Source: Minutocellus sp. GHC0000111 (taxonomy: Eukaryota). From it: a stretch of DNA of 64,000 bases. The stretch spans positions 1 through 64,000 of the forward strand of contig OZ361261.1 in assembly GCA_977018835.1 (NCBI GenBank), written 5' to 3'. The position numbers were made by a program, and so were the translations under genes. Of the stretch, positions 43,997 to 54,595 are shown piece by piece (the stretch's first letter is position 1; each line of letters starts with the position of its first letter). The notes under the pieces are model-generated. The model searched no databases. It had not been told where the DNA came from and was given only the letters and a program-made list of their open reading frames with translations.

Positions 43997-45472
43997 TTAT
44001 GGCTCCCCTTTCATCTTTGATCCTAACCAATCGCAACAATTCGAAAGCAATTTCATAATTCGCGGTCGAAAGTAGATCATGCAGGTAAAGAATCCCTGAA
44101 GTGGCCACAGAAATGAAGCAGCGGAATCAACTTTGTATGCGACAGACAACGGGTCCTCGTATCGATCCGGCTTGATCAGAAGTGAAGTCAGAACCACCGG
44201 CCATGTAATGTAAAAAGAGAGAACATATAGTGCAGACTGCCAAAATACCTTCCTTTCTCGTTCCGTCATTGACATTGTTGTATTTCCCGAACCGTTTGCA
44301 TCGAGTTTCCGGCGAGAAAATCGCCATTTCAGCATCTTTTGTTCTGATTGCCTCACAAAATAAAATATCCTGGCTTGCATAAGAGTGATGGCGGCAATTG
44401 CGACACATATGGGGACAACTCCGATCAAGATCGAATACAGTGGCGTAAATCCAAATAAACCTGTGATAAAGATGGACGGCAACCAACATACATGCCCTAA
44501 TGCCACATAGGCTGGAATGCCAGCACAAGCCAGTACAAGCCCCAACGCAAACGGAATTGCCAAGAGATAGACCCGAACTCTTCGTATCCGGCTCTCATTC
44601 CATCCCTGTGCGATAGTGAGCATGTAGTAGAGCGTCAGAGACGTGTTGAAGAACATCGCCGCGAAACCAAGCTGGAGAAAGAATCCCTGGGCTTTGCAAA
44701 ACGATTCATCACCGCCGGGTGTTGTCGGGGCCGGGATGTCCGCCAAGATGAAAAATATGCTGGACATGAAATCGCAAGACGAGATTCCCAAAATAATCTG
44801 ATGATAAAGGCTCGTTCGTTTCCTTCTATCTCTCAAGATATGAGTAATAAGAGTCAGAGAGCAAATCAAGGATATCGACCCAGAAATTCGGCTCAGCAGA
44901 ATCCACAAGTCCACATTGAAATCAAAGTACGTGCATCCGCAGTAGTAGGAGAAGACTCGCTGGGCCATGCATTGTGTCGAACCATCCTCGAATATGCCCT
45001 GCAAAAGTAGGTCCCAACCCTGGCATGTCGGTACAACCCCAGAGTACCAGTTTTGGATGAAGGGTACAGGTTTAGTTAACAGGGTTTCGCTAATGCTTTG
45101 TCCGTCGGCACAAAGATGGCAGCCACTCCGCTCGTCTTGTGGTGGAGTGCAGCCACATATTGTCGAAACCCGCCTGATTATGGTGCAATCGCCCGAGGTT
45201 TCGTTGTGTGCGGCAATCGCCACGTCTGCCTCCCAGTCGGCGCAAGTGGCGCCGACGCCAAGGGTCGGTTCTAGAAAGGGGACGGACGTGCCCAAGAAAG
45301 ATGGCTGCACGGGATTTCCATCTGCACAAAGTGTGCATATGTTGCCGACATTCGCATCCTCGGGCACATCCTCGGCCGTCACACCAAGAACATTGACGTT
45401 GAGAAAGATGACGGACCAGAGAATGAAAAGGCGCCCGAACACTGGAGTTATCGGTCTGGATCTTGCCTTCAT
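43997..45472 (-). CDS. G-protein-coupled receptor (cAMP-receptor-like) with Cys-rich extracellular repeats
   Basis: Signal peptide; two C.LCADG...C repeats; seven hydrophobic helices with CKAQGFF.Q and PLQGFF motifs. Confidence 0.85.
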   Translation of the reverse strand: MKARSRPITPVFGRLFILWSVIFLNVNVLGVTAEDVPEDANVGNICTLCADGNPVQPSFLGTSVPFLEPTLGVGATCADWEADVAIAAHNETSGDCTIIRRVSTICGCTPPQDERSGCHLCADGQSISETLLTKPVPFIQNWYSGVVPTCQGWDLLLQGIFEDGSTQCMAQRVFSYYCGCTYFDFNVDLWILLSRISGSISLICSLTLITHILRDRRKRTSLYHQIILGISSCDFMSSIFFILADIPAPTTPGGDESFCKAQGFFLQLGFAAMFFNTSLTLYYMLTIAQGWNESRIRRVRVYLLAIPFALGLVLACAGIPAYVALGHVCWLPSIFITGLFGFTPLYSILIGVVPICVAIAAITLMQARIFYFVRQSEQKMLKWRFSRRKLDANGSGNTTMSMTERERKVFWQSALYVLSFYITWPVVLTSLLIKPDRYEDPLSVAYKVDSAASFLWPLQGFFTCMIYFRPRIMKLLSNCCDWLGSKMKGEP

Positions 45473-45846
45473 TTTGAATGCGATGTGCCGCACGAGCTGC
45501 TTGGCGAGTTCAGTACGTGGATCTGTTCATACATGTATCGTTCTTCACGCATCTTTCTTGCTGCTACTATCTTCTTCGATTTTTCACTCTTGTTTTCGGC
45601 TTGACTTTGACTGGTATCTTCAACGTGCTAACCGATGTCCTCATCAAATAAATAGTCATCAGAGCGCGGCGCGCGCGCGGCGGCCCGCCCCAGGGGGGGG
45701 GGGGGGGGTTGCATGCTGCAAAGCGAAGTGCAGCAGCGAAGGTGCAGTGCAATACTAGTACAATACCTTGGTATAATGGGCGTATTCCATGCACAACCTG
45801 ATAGCCCCATGCGTCGCCTCGGCATCATCTAAACAGTAAGGCGACC

Positions 45847-47538
45847 ATGCCGGCCCCAGCCCTTCTGATCGGCGGGCCGGCGGTGGCGTCCGCGGCAGCT
45901 GCGGCATCGGCCGCGGCACCGTACGTCATGTACAAGCTCTCGTCGTCGGCACTTGCGGCGGTACTGGCTCGGAATCTGTGGAAAAGTCTGCCGGCGTGGA
46001 TGCGGGACGACCCGGCCTTGGCCAAGCGCGGCTCGTTGCTTCGGGGTGGCGGTGCCGGCAATGATTATGATGGCACAACTGGTGCCGCCGACCCCGACGA
46101 GACGGAGGAGATGGCCTCTTTGTCAGACGTTATCGCCAGATTGGACAACATGATAACGTCGGCGGGCAAGACCATCGGGACCAAGCTAAAACCTTCGCAG
46201 ATACATGCGGCAATCCTGGCATATGTGCAGCTATCGAACCAAATGCGTGTACACTGCCCCGAGGCGAGGGATCGGCTCTACGAGAAGTGCGCCTTCCATC
46301 GGGATGATGATGCTGATTCACCATCCCCACACATTACCAAGGACGAACTGCGAGAGTTGAGACAGAGCTTGGACTTTGCCACTTGGTCGTATGTGGACTA
46401 CTACGGTCCCGACGACGTGCGCGCCAAGCTGGAATCGGTCGATGGTGACTACTACCTGCACTCGCATAGCACGCACGAAGAGAATGTTCCCGGCAAGGTT
46501 CGATACTTCCTCGCATTGTCGCCTGAACGGAAGGAGATTGTTATTGGAGTAAAGGGAACGTCGTCGTTGGAAGATTTGGTCACGGATGCCGCTGGGACTT
46601 CGACTCCCTTTGACATGATGCATGCTGACAGTGCTGGTGGAGGCAAAAACAATTCATCAGCTACTGAAGATGGACATTGCGAACGCATGAGCATTGAAGT
46701 TGCGGTCGACCAAGAGACCATCGTGGTTGATTCTACTCGTGATGTGAATTGTAGCACGGTATCTGTTGATTGTTTGGACGCACCAACTGAGACGGGCGAG
46801 GCCATTGAAGTTGAGTTGCGCGTTGAGAAGGAGAGCATCATGATTTTACCCGATGGATCGATTTTGCGCTGTCACGAGGGTGTATTGCTTTCCGCCCGCA
46901 GGCTGCTCGGCGATGTTCGTGAGGTCGTTGAGACACTTGGTGTAAAATCTAGCTACTCTGTGAGAATAGTTGGACATAGCCTGGGAGGGGGAGTTGCTAT
47001 ACTTCTTGGTATCCTCCTTCGTTCCAAATTTCCAAGTCTGGCTGAAAGGAATGCCATCCGTGTCCATGCCTTTGCTCCTCACCCGGTGCTAGATATCGAC
47101 GGTGCCACTGGATGTGAGTTCTTTGTCACTTCCGTCATCAACAATTCTGATATTATACCGCGGGGCAGCATAAATGACAAGTTGGGGGCGATGGGGATGG
47201 GACTCGGTGGGCCAAAACGAGCGGCTGCTTTATTGCGAAAATTGAGCCAGGGCACCGGAGGTGAAATGATCATGACTTGGCAAGAAGTCCGAGATCTCAT
47301 TGAAGAAAGCCATCGCAAAGTCGACCTTCGAGATGCCCAGCATTTGTACGTTGGTGGAAGGGTCCTTCTCATCTTTGACTCTTGGAGCACAGACCAGACG
47401 ACAAGGAGTGTTCTAACGCATGGAACTGCAGCGCCACTCCGTCTATTTGAAGTCGATGCACTCAAAATGTTTGCAGATCACTTGACAACATCACATGAGG
47501 CTCGCTTGGATCATTTGGTTGAAACGACGAGGGTCTGA
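45847..47538 (+). CDS. Class 3 lipase (DAG-lipase-like)
   Basis: VKGTSSLEDLVTD, CHEG, VGHSLGGG, DIIPR and C-terminal DH motifs. Confidence 0.9.
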   Translation: MPAPALLIGGPAVASAAAAASAAAPYVMYKLSSSALAAVLARNLWKSLPAWMRDDPALAKRGSLLRGGGAGNDYDGTTGAADPDETEEMASLSDVIARLDNMITSAGKTIGTKLKPSQIHAAILAYVQLSNQMRVHCPEARDRLYEKCAFHRDDDADSPSPHITKDELRELRQSLDFATWSYVDYYGPDDVRAKLESVDGDYYLHSHSTHEENVPGKVRYFLALSPERKEIVIGVKGTSSLEDLVTDAAGTSTPFDMMHADSAGGGKNNSSATEDGHCERMSIEVAVDQETIVVDSTRDVNCSTVSVDCLDAPTETGEAIEVELRVEKESIMILPDGSILRCHEGVLLSARRLLGDVREVVETLGVKSSYSVRIVGHSLGGGVAILLGILLRSKFPSLAERNAIRVHAFAPHPVLDIDGATGCEFFVTSVINNSDIIPRGSINDKLGAMGMGLGGPKRAAALLRKLSQGTGGEMIMTWQEVRDLIEESHRKVDLRDAQHLYVGGRVLLIFDSWSTDQTTRSVLTHGTAAPLRLFEVDALKMFADHLTTSHEARLDHLVETTRV

Positions 47539-47859
47539 AATACATGTACGTACGGTGGAGTGAGTACGTAGGATTTTTGTGTCTGTGCGCCGACCGTCAA
47601 TATTTTCTTAATGACATCATTGTTCGATGGAGTTCGAGAGTTCGGTTCCCTCCGGTGAAGGTTCGCATCAAGACGAGTTCTTGTTGCCACGATCTGTCTT
47701 GAATTTGGCGGAGTATTGCCGCGGCTCTTTTTGTGCGGTCGTCTCATTATTCAACAACTCAGTACGATACGAAGCCAACGACACGACCACTTATAAACAT
47801 TATACAATCCATCAACGAAAATCCCTCGAGGCATAACGACGAACACTGGCAATATGAGG

Positions 47860-50800
47860 GAGAGCATTCTACTTTAGCTCGGAATTTCGATTTCAATTTG
47901 GGCGAACTACTCAAGACGCACTACTTGACGCCGCTGTTCGATCCGAGCAGGTGAGATATCAGCATATTCTTTTTCGATTGGATTTTGTTGCACTTGCAAT
48001 GAGTGAAGGAGGTGTCTCATGTGCAAGGATTGGTTGGGTTGTTTGGCTCGCTCGGTGTGCTGCATTCGCTTACAACTCATTTCATGTTGCTAATTGACAT
48101 ACTTGCTGTCTTTTGATATCAACAGCATCGCCATATTTGGCGCCAGCGAGCGCGAGAACTCGGTCGGCGAGGTGGTCTTTCGAAACTTGCTCGCTGCTGG
48201 ATTTGGCGGCGGGATCTATCCAATCAACCCGAAGCGCGACACAATTCAAGGCCAAAAGGCATACAAAAGCATCGGTGATGTCGCCGATAACATTGATTTG
48301 GCCGTCGTTATTACGCCCGCTCCTACCATTCCAGCCATCGTTCAGGAATGTGGCGAGCATGGGGTCAAGACGATGATCATCATATCGGCGGGATTCCGCG
48401 AGGCTGGAAGTGAAGGACGCAAACTCGAAGACGAGGTGGTTCGCATTGCCAAAGATTTTGGAATATGGTTCATTGGGCCCAATTGCCTTGGTCTGATCCG
48501 CCCACGTGAGGGGATTAATCTCACTTTTGGCAATAACAATGCAAGCCCCGGAAATCTCGCTCTAGTGTCGCAATCAGGTGCGATATGCACTGCCATTCTC
48601 GATTGGGCCGAAGAGAACGACGTGGGGTTCTCCACCGTAATTTCTACGGGCATTGCCGCCGACCTTGATTTCGGTGACTACCTCGACTTTTTGGTGTCTG
48701 ACCCTCAGACAGATAGTATTCTGCTCTACATCGAGGGCATTCAAGATGCAAGAAAATTCATGACTGGACTCAAGGCCGCTGCAAGGATCAAACCCGTCAT
48801 CGTCCTCAAGGTCGGCCGTCACGATGCTGGAGCCGCTGCAAGTATGAGCCATACAGGTGCCCTTGTCGGCTCTGACGCAACCTTCTCCGCGGCCCTATCT
48901 CGTTCGGGAGTCATCCGTGTCGAGTCAGTCTCGGAAATGTTCAGTGCGGCAAACTGCTTGTCATCGCGATATCGCCCTTCCCCTGCGATGAGCTTCGATT
49001 CGAAGAAGATTTCTCCCATGTCCAGCATGGCGATCCCCGAGATGACCCCAATAACTTCTGGGTTACCAGCCCCTTCATCGTTCGACCCAAGTACGTACAA
49101 CGGACGATTGACCATCATCACAAACGGTGGTGGGCCTGGCGTAATGGCTGCTGACAAGGCCACCGACTTGGGCATAGACCTTGCCCAGTTCTCCGAAAAG
49201 ACCTACGCAGCTCTCAACGAAGTGCTTCCCAGTGTTTGGTCCCACGGCAATCCCGTCGATGTAATCGGCGAGGCTCCGCCATCGAGATACCGTGATGCCA
49301 TCGACATCTGTCTGCGAGACCCCGGCGTCGATGGAGCTGTGGTGATCCTCACTCCTCAAGCTATGACGAACCCGGAAGGTGTTGCAGAAGCCGTTGTAGA
49401 ACTAGCCTCTCAGCACACAAAGCCGATCATAACTTCTTGGATGGGCGGCACACAGGTGGAAAGTGGAAGAGCCCTTTTCAAGCGCGCCAAGATCCCAACG
49501 TGTAGAACTCTTGAGAGCGCAGTAGAGGCATTCGGATTCATCGCAACCTACCACAAGAACCAGAAGCTGCTTCTTCAGACGCCAGCTCAATCCTCACGAG
49601 CCCACGACCCTCCAGACATTGAAGGAGCACGTATGATCATCGAGTCTGCTCTCTCCAAGAAGAGAACCGTCCTCACCGAGCCCGAGGCTTACGGCGTCTT
49701 GGGCGCGTTCCTTATCCCTTCCGTAAGGTCTGGCGTCGCAAGGTCTCCATCCGAAGCCTTGATCGTCGCTTCGAGCATTGGTCTCAGTCAAACGCGACCA
49801 ATCGCAATGAAAATTTTGAGCGATGACATATCTCACAAGTCCGACGCCGGTGGGGTTCGTTTGAATATCACCAGTGCTCAGTCCGTGCGTAGCACTTATC
49901 GAGAGCTCAATGATGCTGTCAGGCACGCATGCCCCGAGGCGAATATTGAGGGGGTCGTCGTGGAGGAAATGTATAAATCCTCGAGTGGCCGAGAACTTCT
50001 CATCGGCCTCAGCAATGATAATGTCTTTGGTCCAATCATCACGTTCGGCTCGGGTGGAACCGCCGTCGAGGTTGTCAAGGATTCTGCCCTTGCCTTACCT
50101 CCTCTCAACCGGCATCTTGCTTCCGATTTCATCGATAGGACAAAAGTCGGATCGAAGATGCTCGGTGAATTCCGAAACATGCCACCAGCCAACCGTGAAG
50201 CAATCATCGACGTCCTCCTTCGTATTTCATCTCTGGCATGTGAGCTCCCACACATCCAAGAGATGGACATCAATCCTCTCATTGTCGACGAGAGTGGCGC
50301 TGTGGCTGTTGACGCCCGGATCCGGGTTGCATACCCAAAACCGAGCCACACGCCCTACGCTCATCTGGCCATTCATCCCTATCCTTCCAATCTTTGCAAG
50401 CAATCTCAGCTCCCCAACGGTATGAGTATCACCATTCGTCCAATCCGTCCTGAAGACGTCGACCTCGAGAAATCCTTTGTCCGGCAGCTGTCTGAGGAAT
50501 CTATCCGGCAGCTTCGTCTCACCCCGGAAATGCTCACCAGGCTCACGCAGATAGACTACGATTTGGAATTGTCGCTGATCGCAGTTGCGCAAGTTGAGGG
50601 CTCCGAGGAAGAGGAGCTAGGATTGGCGCGATACGTTGCGAATCCTGACAAGCGCAGCTGTGAATTCCTTCTCGTCGTGAGTGATAAATGGCGAGGACAG
50701 GGTCTGGGACATGCTCTCTTGACCTCTCTTAGCGATGCAGCCCGAGCTCGTGGCTACGAGGTCATGAATGGTGAGGTCCTCGCAAACAATTTCAAGATGC

Positions 50801-50925
50801 TCAAGCTCCTCGAATCATTGGGCTTTCAGATAGAAGACATAGAGGATGAGGACGACATCAAGCTCGCCCAGCTTCGGCTTGCTGGAAAGCGATCGAGATT
50901 GACGGATGGAAGGCGCAGCTTTTAG
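47860..50925 (+). CDS. Bacterial-type acyl-CoA synthetase (NDP-forming)-GNAT fusion, Pat/PatZ-like (intron 47951-48125; start uncertain)
   Basis: Spliced HYLTPLFDPS-SIAIFGAS; GPNCLG, SQSGA, SHTGAL, TNGGGPG, NPVD, ATP-grasp HKSDAGGV and GNAT WRGQGLG motifs. Confidence 0.9.
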
Positions 50926-51217
50926 ATTTTAGACACGAGAGGAAGGAATAATGTGGCGTTTCCGTGGAATATTCTACGACTTCGTAGATGGGACTTGGTT
51001 CCACTTACAGAGAGGAATTTTGACTTGCATTTTTCGCTCCTCTCAGCATGTCGTAGGAGACCTGTCCAAGTTAAGAAAGTAGAGATAGATTATAGTACAG
51101 GTATAAATAAGTAGTGTGACCATAGTTCCTAAATCGTGTTTGACATTCATTATTGTTATCATATTGTGCTATTAGAACTCCCGTTGATTTGTAAGCTTAT
51201 GCGGAGCTACTACGTTG

Positions 51218-53197
51218 CTACATCCGCCTGCGCCTCTTGTTGAAGCCACCGTTGCTCCGTGACGGGCTATCAGAGTCCGTTGCCTCGAGAGATCGCTTGT
51301 TGCTGGAGTCATCGCCATTGGCAGTGACATCGCCAGTATCGTCACCAAGCATGGATGCCATTTCAGCGGCACCAGCTGAAGGCGAAGCGGCGTCCCCGTC
51401 GGCTACATCGCCCGATGCATTGGCGGCTTGAGCTGCGGCCTCCTCCTGACGAGCGATGGCTTCCTCGCGTTCCACGGCTTCGAGGTGTTCCTTGTGCAGA
51501 ACTTCTGCCTTGGCCCGGGCCTCCTTGGTATCGAGGATCATGTTGTGCCTGTTGAGGACGGCCTCGGTCTCCGTCCGGATGATAGACATCATGGAGATCA
51601 TTTCGTCGCTTCGCTTCCTGTTGGAGATGATTTCGGACTGGAGTTCCTTGTTATTGTCGCGCTCCAGTTCCAGCTCTTCGGCGAGATACTCGACCTCCTC
51701 GCGTAACCGATCGAGCTCCTCACGATCCTTGGTGTAGGCTGGCTCAAAGTTTTGGGGGAGGTTGGCCTCGAGCCAGGCCAGAGAGTTGGGATCGGCACCG
51801 AAGGCTCCGCCCGTGCCAAAGGCGCCCGCTCGGTCGGGAGCTGCGCTAAGGTAGGAGTAGTAGACAGGCACGCCGTGGGGGGTGCGGGGCATCATTTGGG
51901 ACATCCAGGGAAGGATGCCATCCTCGTCGGCATACACCGCGGCGTCGATGTCCTTGGCATTGCTTGCGCCGGACCCTTCGTCGCTCGACCCACGCTTATC
52001 CTTCTTCTTGTCCTTTTGGTTGGATTTGCCACCATCGTTGCCATCAGAGGACGAGTCAGCAGGGCGGCCCTTTCTCTGCGCGGCAAGGATCTTCTTGAGA
52101 GCAATGAGATTGACGGGCGATGATGCCTCGTTGCATGCCTTCTCGGCCTCCTCGAGCTGCGAATCAATCCAATTCCAGCAGTCGATGAGGTCCTTCATTT
52201 CGGGAACCTTCTCTCCATCCTTGGTGGTAACTTCGACGCCTTCCATGGCATCGCCATTGGTCTCACCCTCGGCCTTGGACTTGCCAATCGCGACGCCCTT
52301 GTTTCTGGCCTCGAGGCAGGCCAAAATATCTTTTGATACAGCAAACTGCACCCTCCGGAGGGCAACGACCCGTCCCCTCTTCTGAACCATGTCCTGCAGC
52401 AGCTCCATCTGGCCGGTGACGCTGTGCTTGGTCCGTTCGAGGACCTTGCTGGCCCACCAGAAGTGCGACTTGAGACTTTCGTACTCGCCCTCGAGGGTTT
52501 CGCGGCGCGTTTCGGCGATGGCAATCTTCTTCTTGAGCTGGGCCAGACGCTTCTCCTCCTCGGGATCGATCTTGACGGGCATGGCGAAGGGCGCACCCTG
52601 AGGGGGGGCGGCCGCCGACGAGGGCGAGCCGACAGGGACCATCCGCCCATCGGGCATGCGCTGGTATCTGGCCCCGCTGGGACTGCCCTGGGCCGGGTGG
52701 TGGTACTGTCCGGTGACGGGATCGTACCCTCCTCCCTGCTTATTGAATCCAGCGCCGGGATATCCAGGAGAGCCGGGAAGGGGCGGGACCGGCCCATACA
52801 CACCTCTGGCGACCAATTCCTGGTTGGTGTAGGCAAAGAACTGCTGGGAGTAGGTGGTGCAGGCCACGTCGTAGGCCTCCATGTGACGCAGATCCTTGTC
52901 AATATCCTCCTCGGACAGGATCTTGATCTTGCTGGCAATGCGCGAACCGACGGCACGGGCCGACATGCCCCGGGCCAGCAGGGTCAGGTCCATCGGCGTA
53001 CGACGGCGGAGGGGCGCATTGGGATCGACGACGGCCGGGCCGCTGTTATCGTCGGTGTCGTAATCCTCGGCGGAATTCTTGCGCGAGAGCGATCGGCCGC
53101 TGCCACCGCCACGGCCTCCTCGGCGGGTGGGCTTGCCATCGTCCTTGTTCTTCTTGTTGGCAACGGCGCCCGTCCTCTTGCGCGACGTGAATGCCAT
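51218..53197 (-). CDS. Hypothetical coiled-coil, probably nuclear protein
   Basis: 659-aa ORF with GC3 bias, basic termini and long heptad segments. Confidence 0.75.
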   Translation of the reverse strand: MAFTSRKRTGAVANKKNKDDGKPTRRGGRGGGSGRSLSRKNSAEDYDTDDNSGPAVVDPNAPLRRRTPMDLTLLARGMSARAVGSRIASKIKILSEEDIDKDLRHMEAYDVACTTYSQQFFAYTNQELVARGVYGPVPPLPGSPGYPGAGFNKQGGGYDPVTGQYHHPAQGSPSGARYQRMPDGRMVPVGSPSSAAAPPQGAPFAMPVKIDPEEEKRLAQLKKKIAIAETRRETLEGEYESLKSHFWWASKVLERTKHSVTGQMELLQDMVQKRGRVVALRRVQFAVSKDILACLEARNKGVAIGKSKAEGETNGDAMEGVEVTTKDGEKVPEMKDLIDCWNWIDSQLEEAEKACNEASSPVNLIALKKILAAQRKGRPADSSSDGNDGGKSNQKDKKKDKRGSSDEGSGASNAKDIDAAVYADEDGILPWMSQMMPRTPHGVPVYYSYLSAAPDRAGAFGTGGAFGADPNSLAWLEANLPQNFEPAYTKDREELDRLREEVEYLAEELELERDNNKELQSEIISNRKRSDEMISMMSIIRTETEAVLNRHNMILDTKEARAKAEVLHKEHLEAVEREEAIARQEEAAAQAANASGDVADGDAASPSAGAAEMASMLGDDTGDVTANGDDSSNKRSLEATDSDSPSRSNGGFNKRRRRM

Positions 53198-53474
53198 TTT
53201 GTGATTGTTGTTATGAAATCAAATGCACGAAGATATTGCGTAGTATGCGAAAAAAGACAATCCGGGATGGCTGGAGAAGTACACGCAGATGCAGCCAACA
53301 CAAAAATCAACACCAACACGTCGTTTGTGTATATTATGTGCTGGGATCGAGCTGTATCTTGTTCAGGCTACAAAATCTCGAGAATCGAAATTTCACGAAA
53401 TTGTTTCGAGATTATGTGCTGTGAAGGGTTGAAATCGCGAGAAGGGGGTGGCATATGCGATGTACAAGTGAGTA

Positions 53475-54119
53475 AGTGAAAGTTTGTGGTGTGGACTGAT
53501 TGGTGTTGCAGCAGCAGTGCAAACAGATTGGCAGTCATCCGTCCTGCCTGCCGCCAACAAGGCAAGTCCCGTCGAAAAGTGAAAAGAAACCCGGAAACGC
53601 CAACCAGCCGCTTGAACGCTTTCGGCGGTCGGGAACCGGACCTCCGGACCCCTCCTTGCCCTCTGCAAGCCGGGAGGATCGCACCGGCGCTCGGCCCGTC
53701 GGTGCACGAATTTCACCCAATTCCATTGTCCAGGCACAGACAGCCATGACCATGCGCAAGGTCGTGCCGAAATCGAACCGGACTCGACCGCACCGCGTCC
53801 TCTTCCGCACGACAATTTTCCGCTCCGCTGTGCGTTTTTATGCGGTAGGAATCAACGTCATGTCCCAAGGTCGCAAAACGGTACCATCCCGTCGATGAAA
53901 AACCCTCCCAAGCCATGCGCTCTCCGTGAACATACAAACACCCTCCGGGGTTGGACGGTCCGGGAGATGGCCGGTCCCCTTCGGGACGGGCCGGCCATCC
54001 CGGAGCACCATCTTGGCCTCACCTTTCGTGCTGTTTTTTGCCGCGTCGGTTTTTTGGGTTGGGCTCGGACAGCTGGAGGAGCGGTTGAGGTCACTCGAGC
54101 TGCCTCAGCCAGCTTGCAA
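53475..54119. other. GC-rich, TpA-depleted non-coding block (possible TE relic) with hairpin
   Basis: No TpA in 53475-53838 or 53941-54119; inverted repeat at ~53960-54004. Confidence 0.45.
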
Positions 54120-54595
54120 TATTGTAAGGTCATTGGTATTATCGTTAACAAGAAGAAAGGGGGGAAAGAAGGGGAAGAATCGATCACCATCCCCTGAATG
54201 CCAGATCGACCGAAACCGGCCGCAAATAAATGCTCTTCCGCCAAAAGAACACATCACATGCGAACACTCCGATTGATGCCAAACCTGTCAGGCAATTGAC
54301 CTCGTTGCGGCACCACTTACACCCAATACCACCACAAATTGGCGATAAGAGTACTCGGAAAGGTATCTGACCCATCGGTGTCATCCTTGTCCGATCAGAA
54401 TTCGCTACAATCCTCTTTCGCGACACAAATCGCGTCAATCGCAAGTGCCGAAACGAATCTTCCGCTGTATCAGCCTTTGCATTGATTTGTGCCTGCTACT
54501 GCCACTGGCTAGTACAGCCGTCCGCCGTTTGATAGACTACAGCACTCACTTATTGAAATTCGACAAGGTATTGGTATAATCATCATCGATTGATC

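Noticed and set aside
47860..50925. Bacterial contamination
   Set aside because: Has a GT-AG intron that restores a conserved N-terminus and is embedded among eukaryotic genes.
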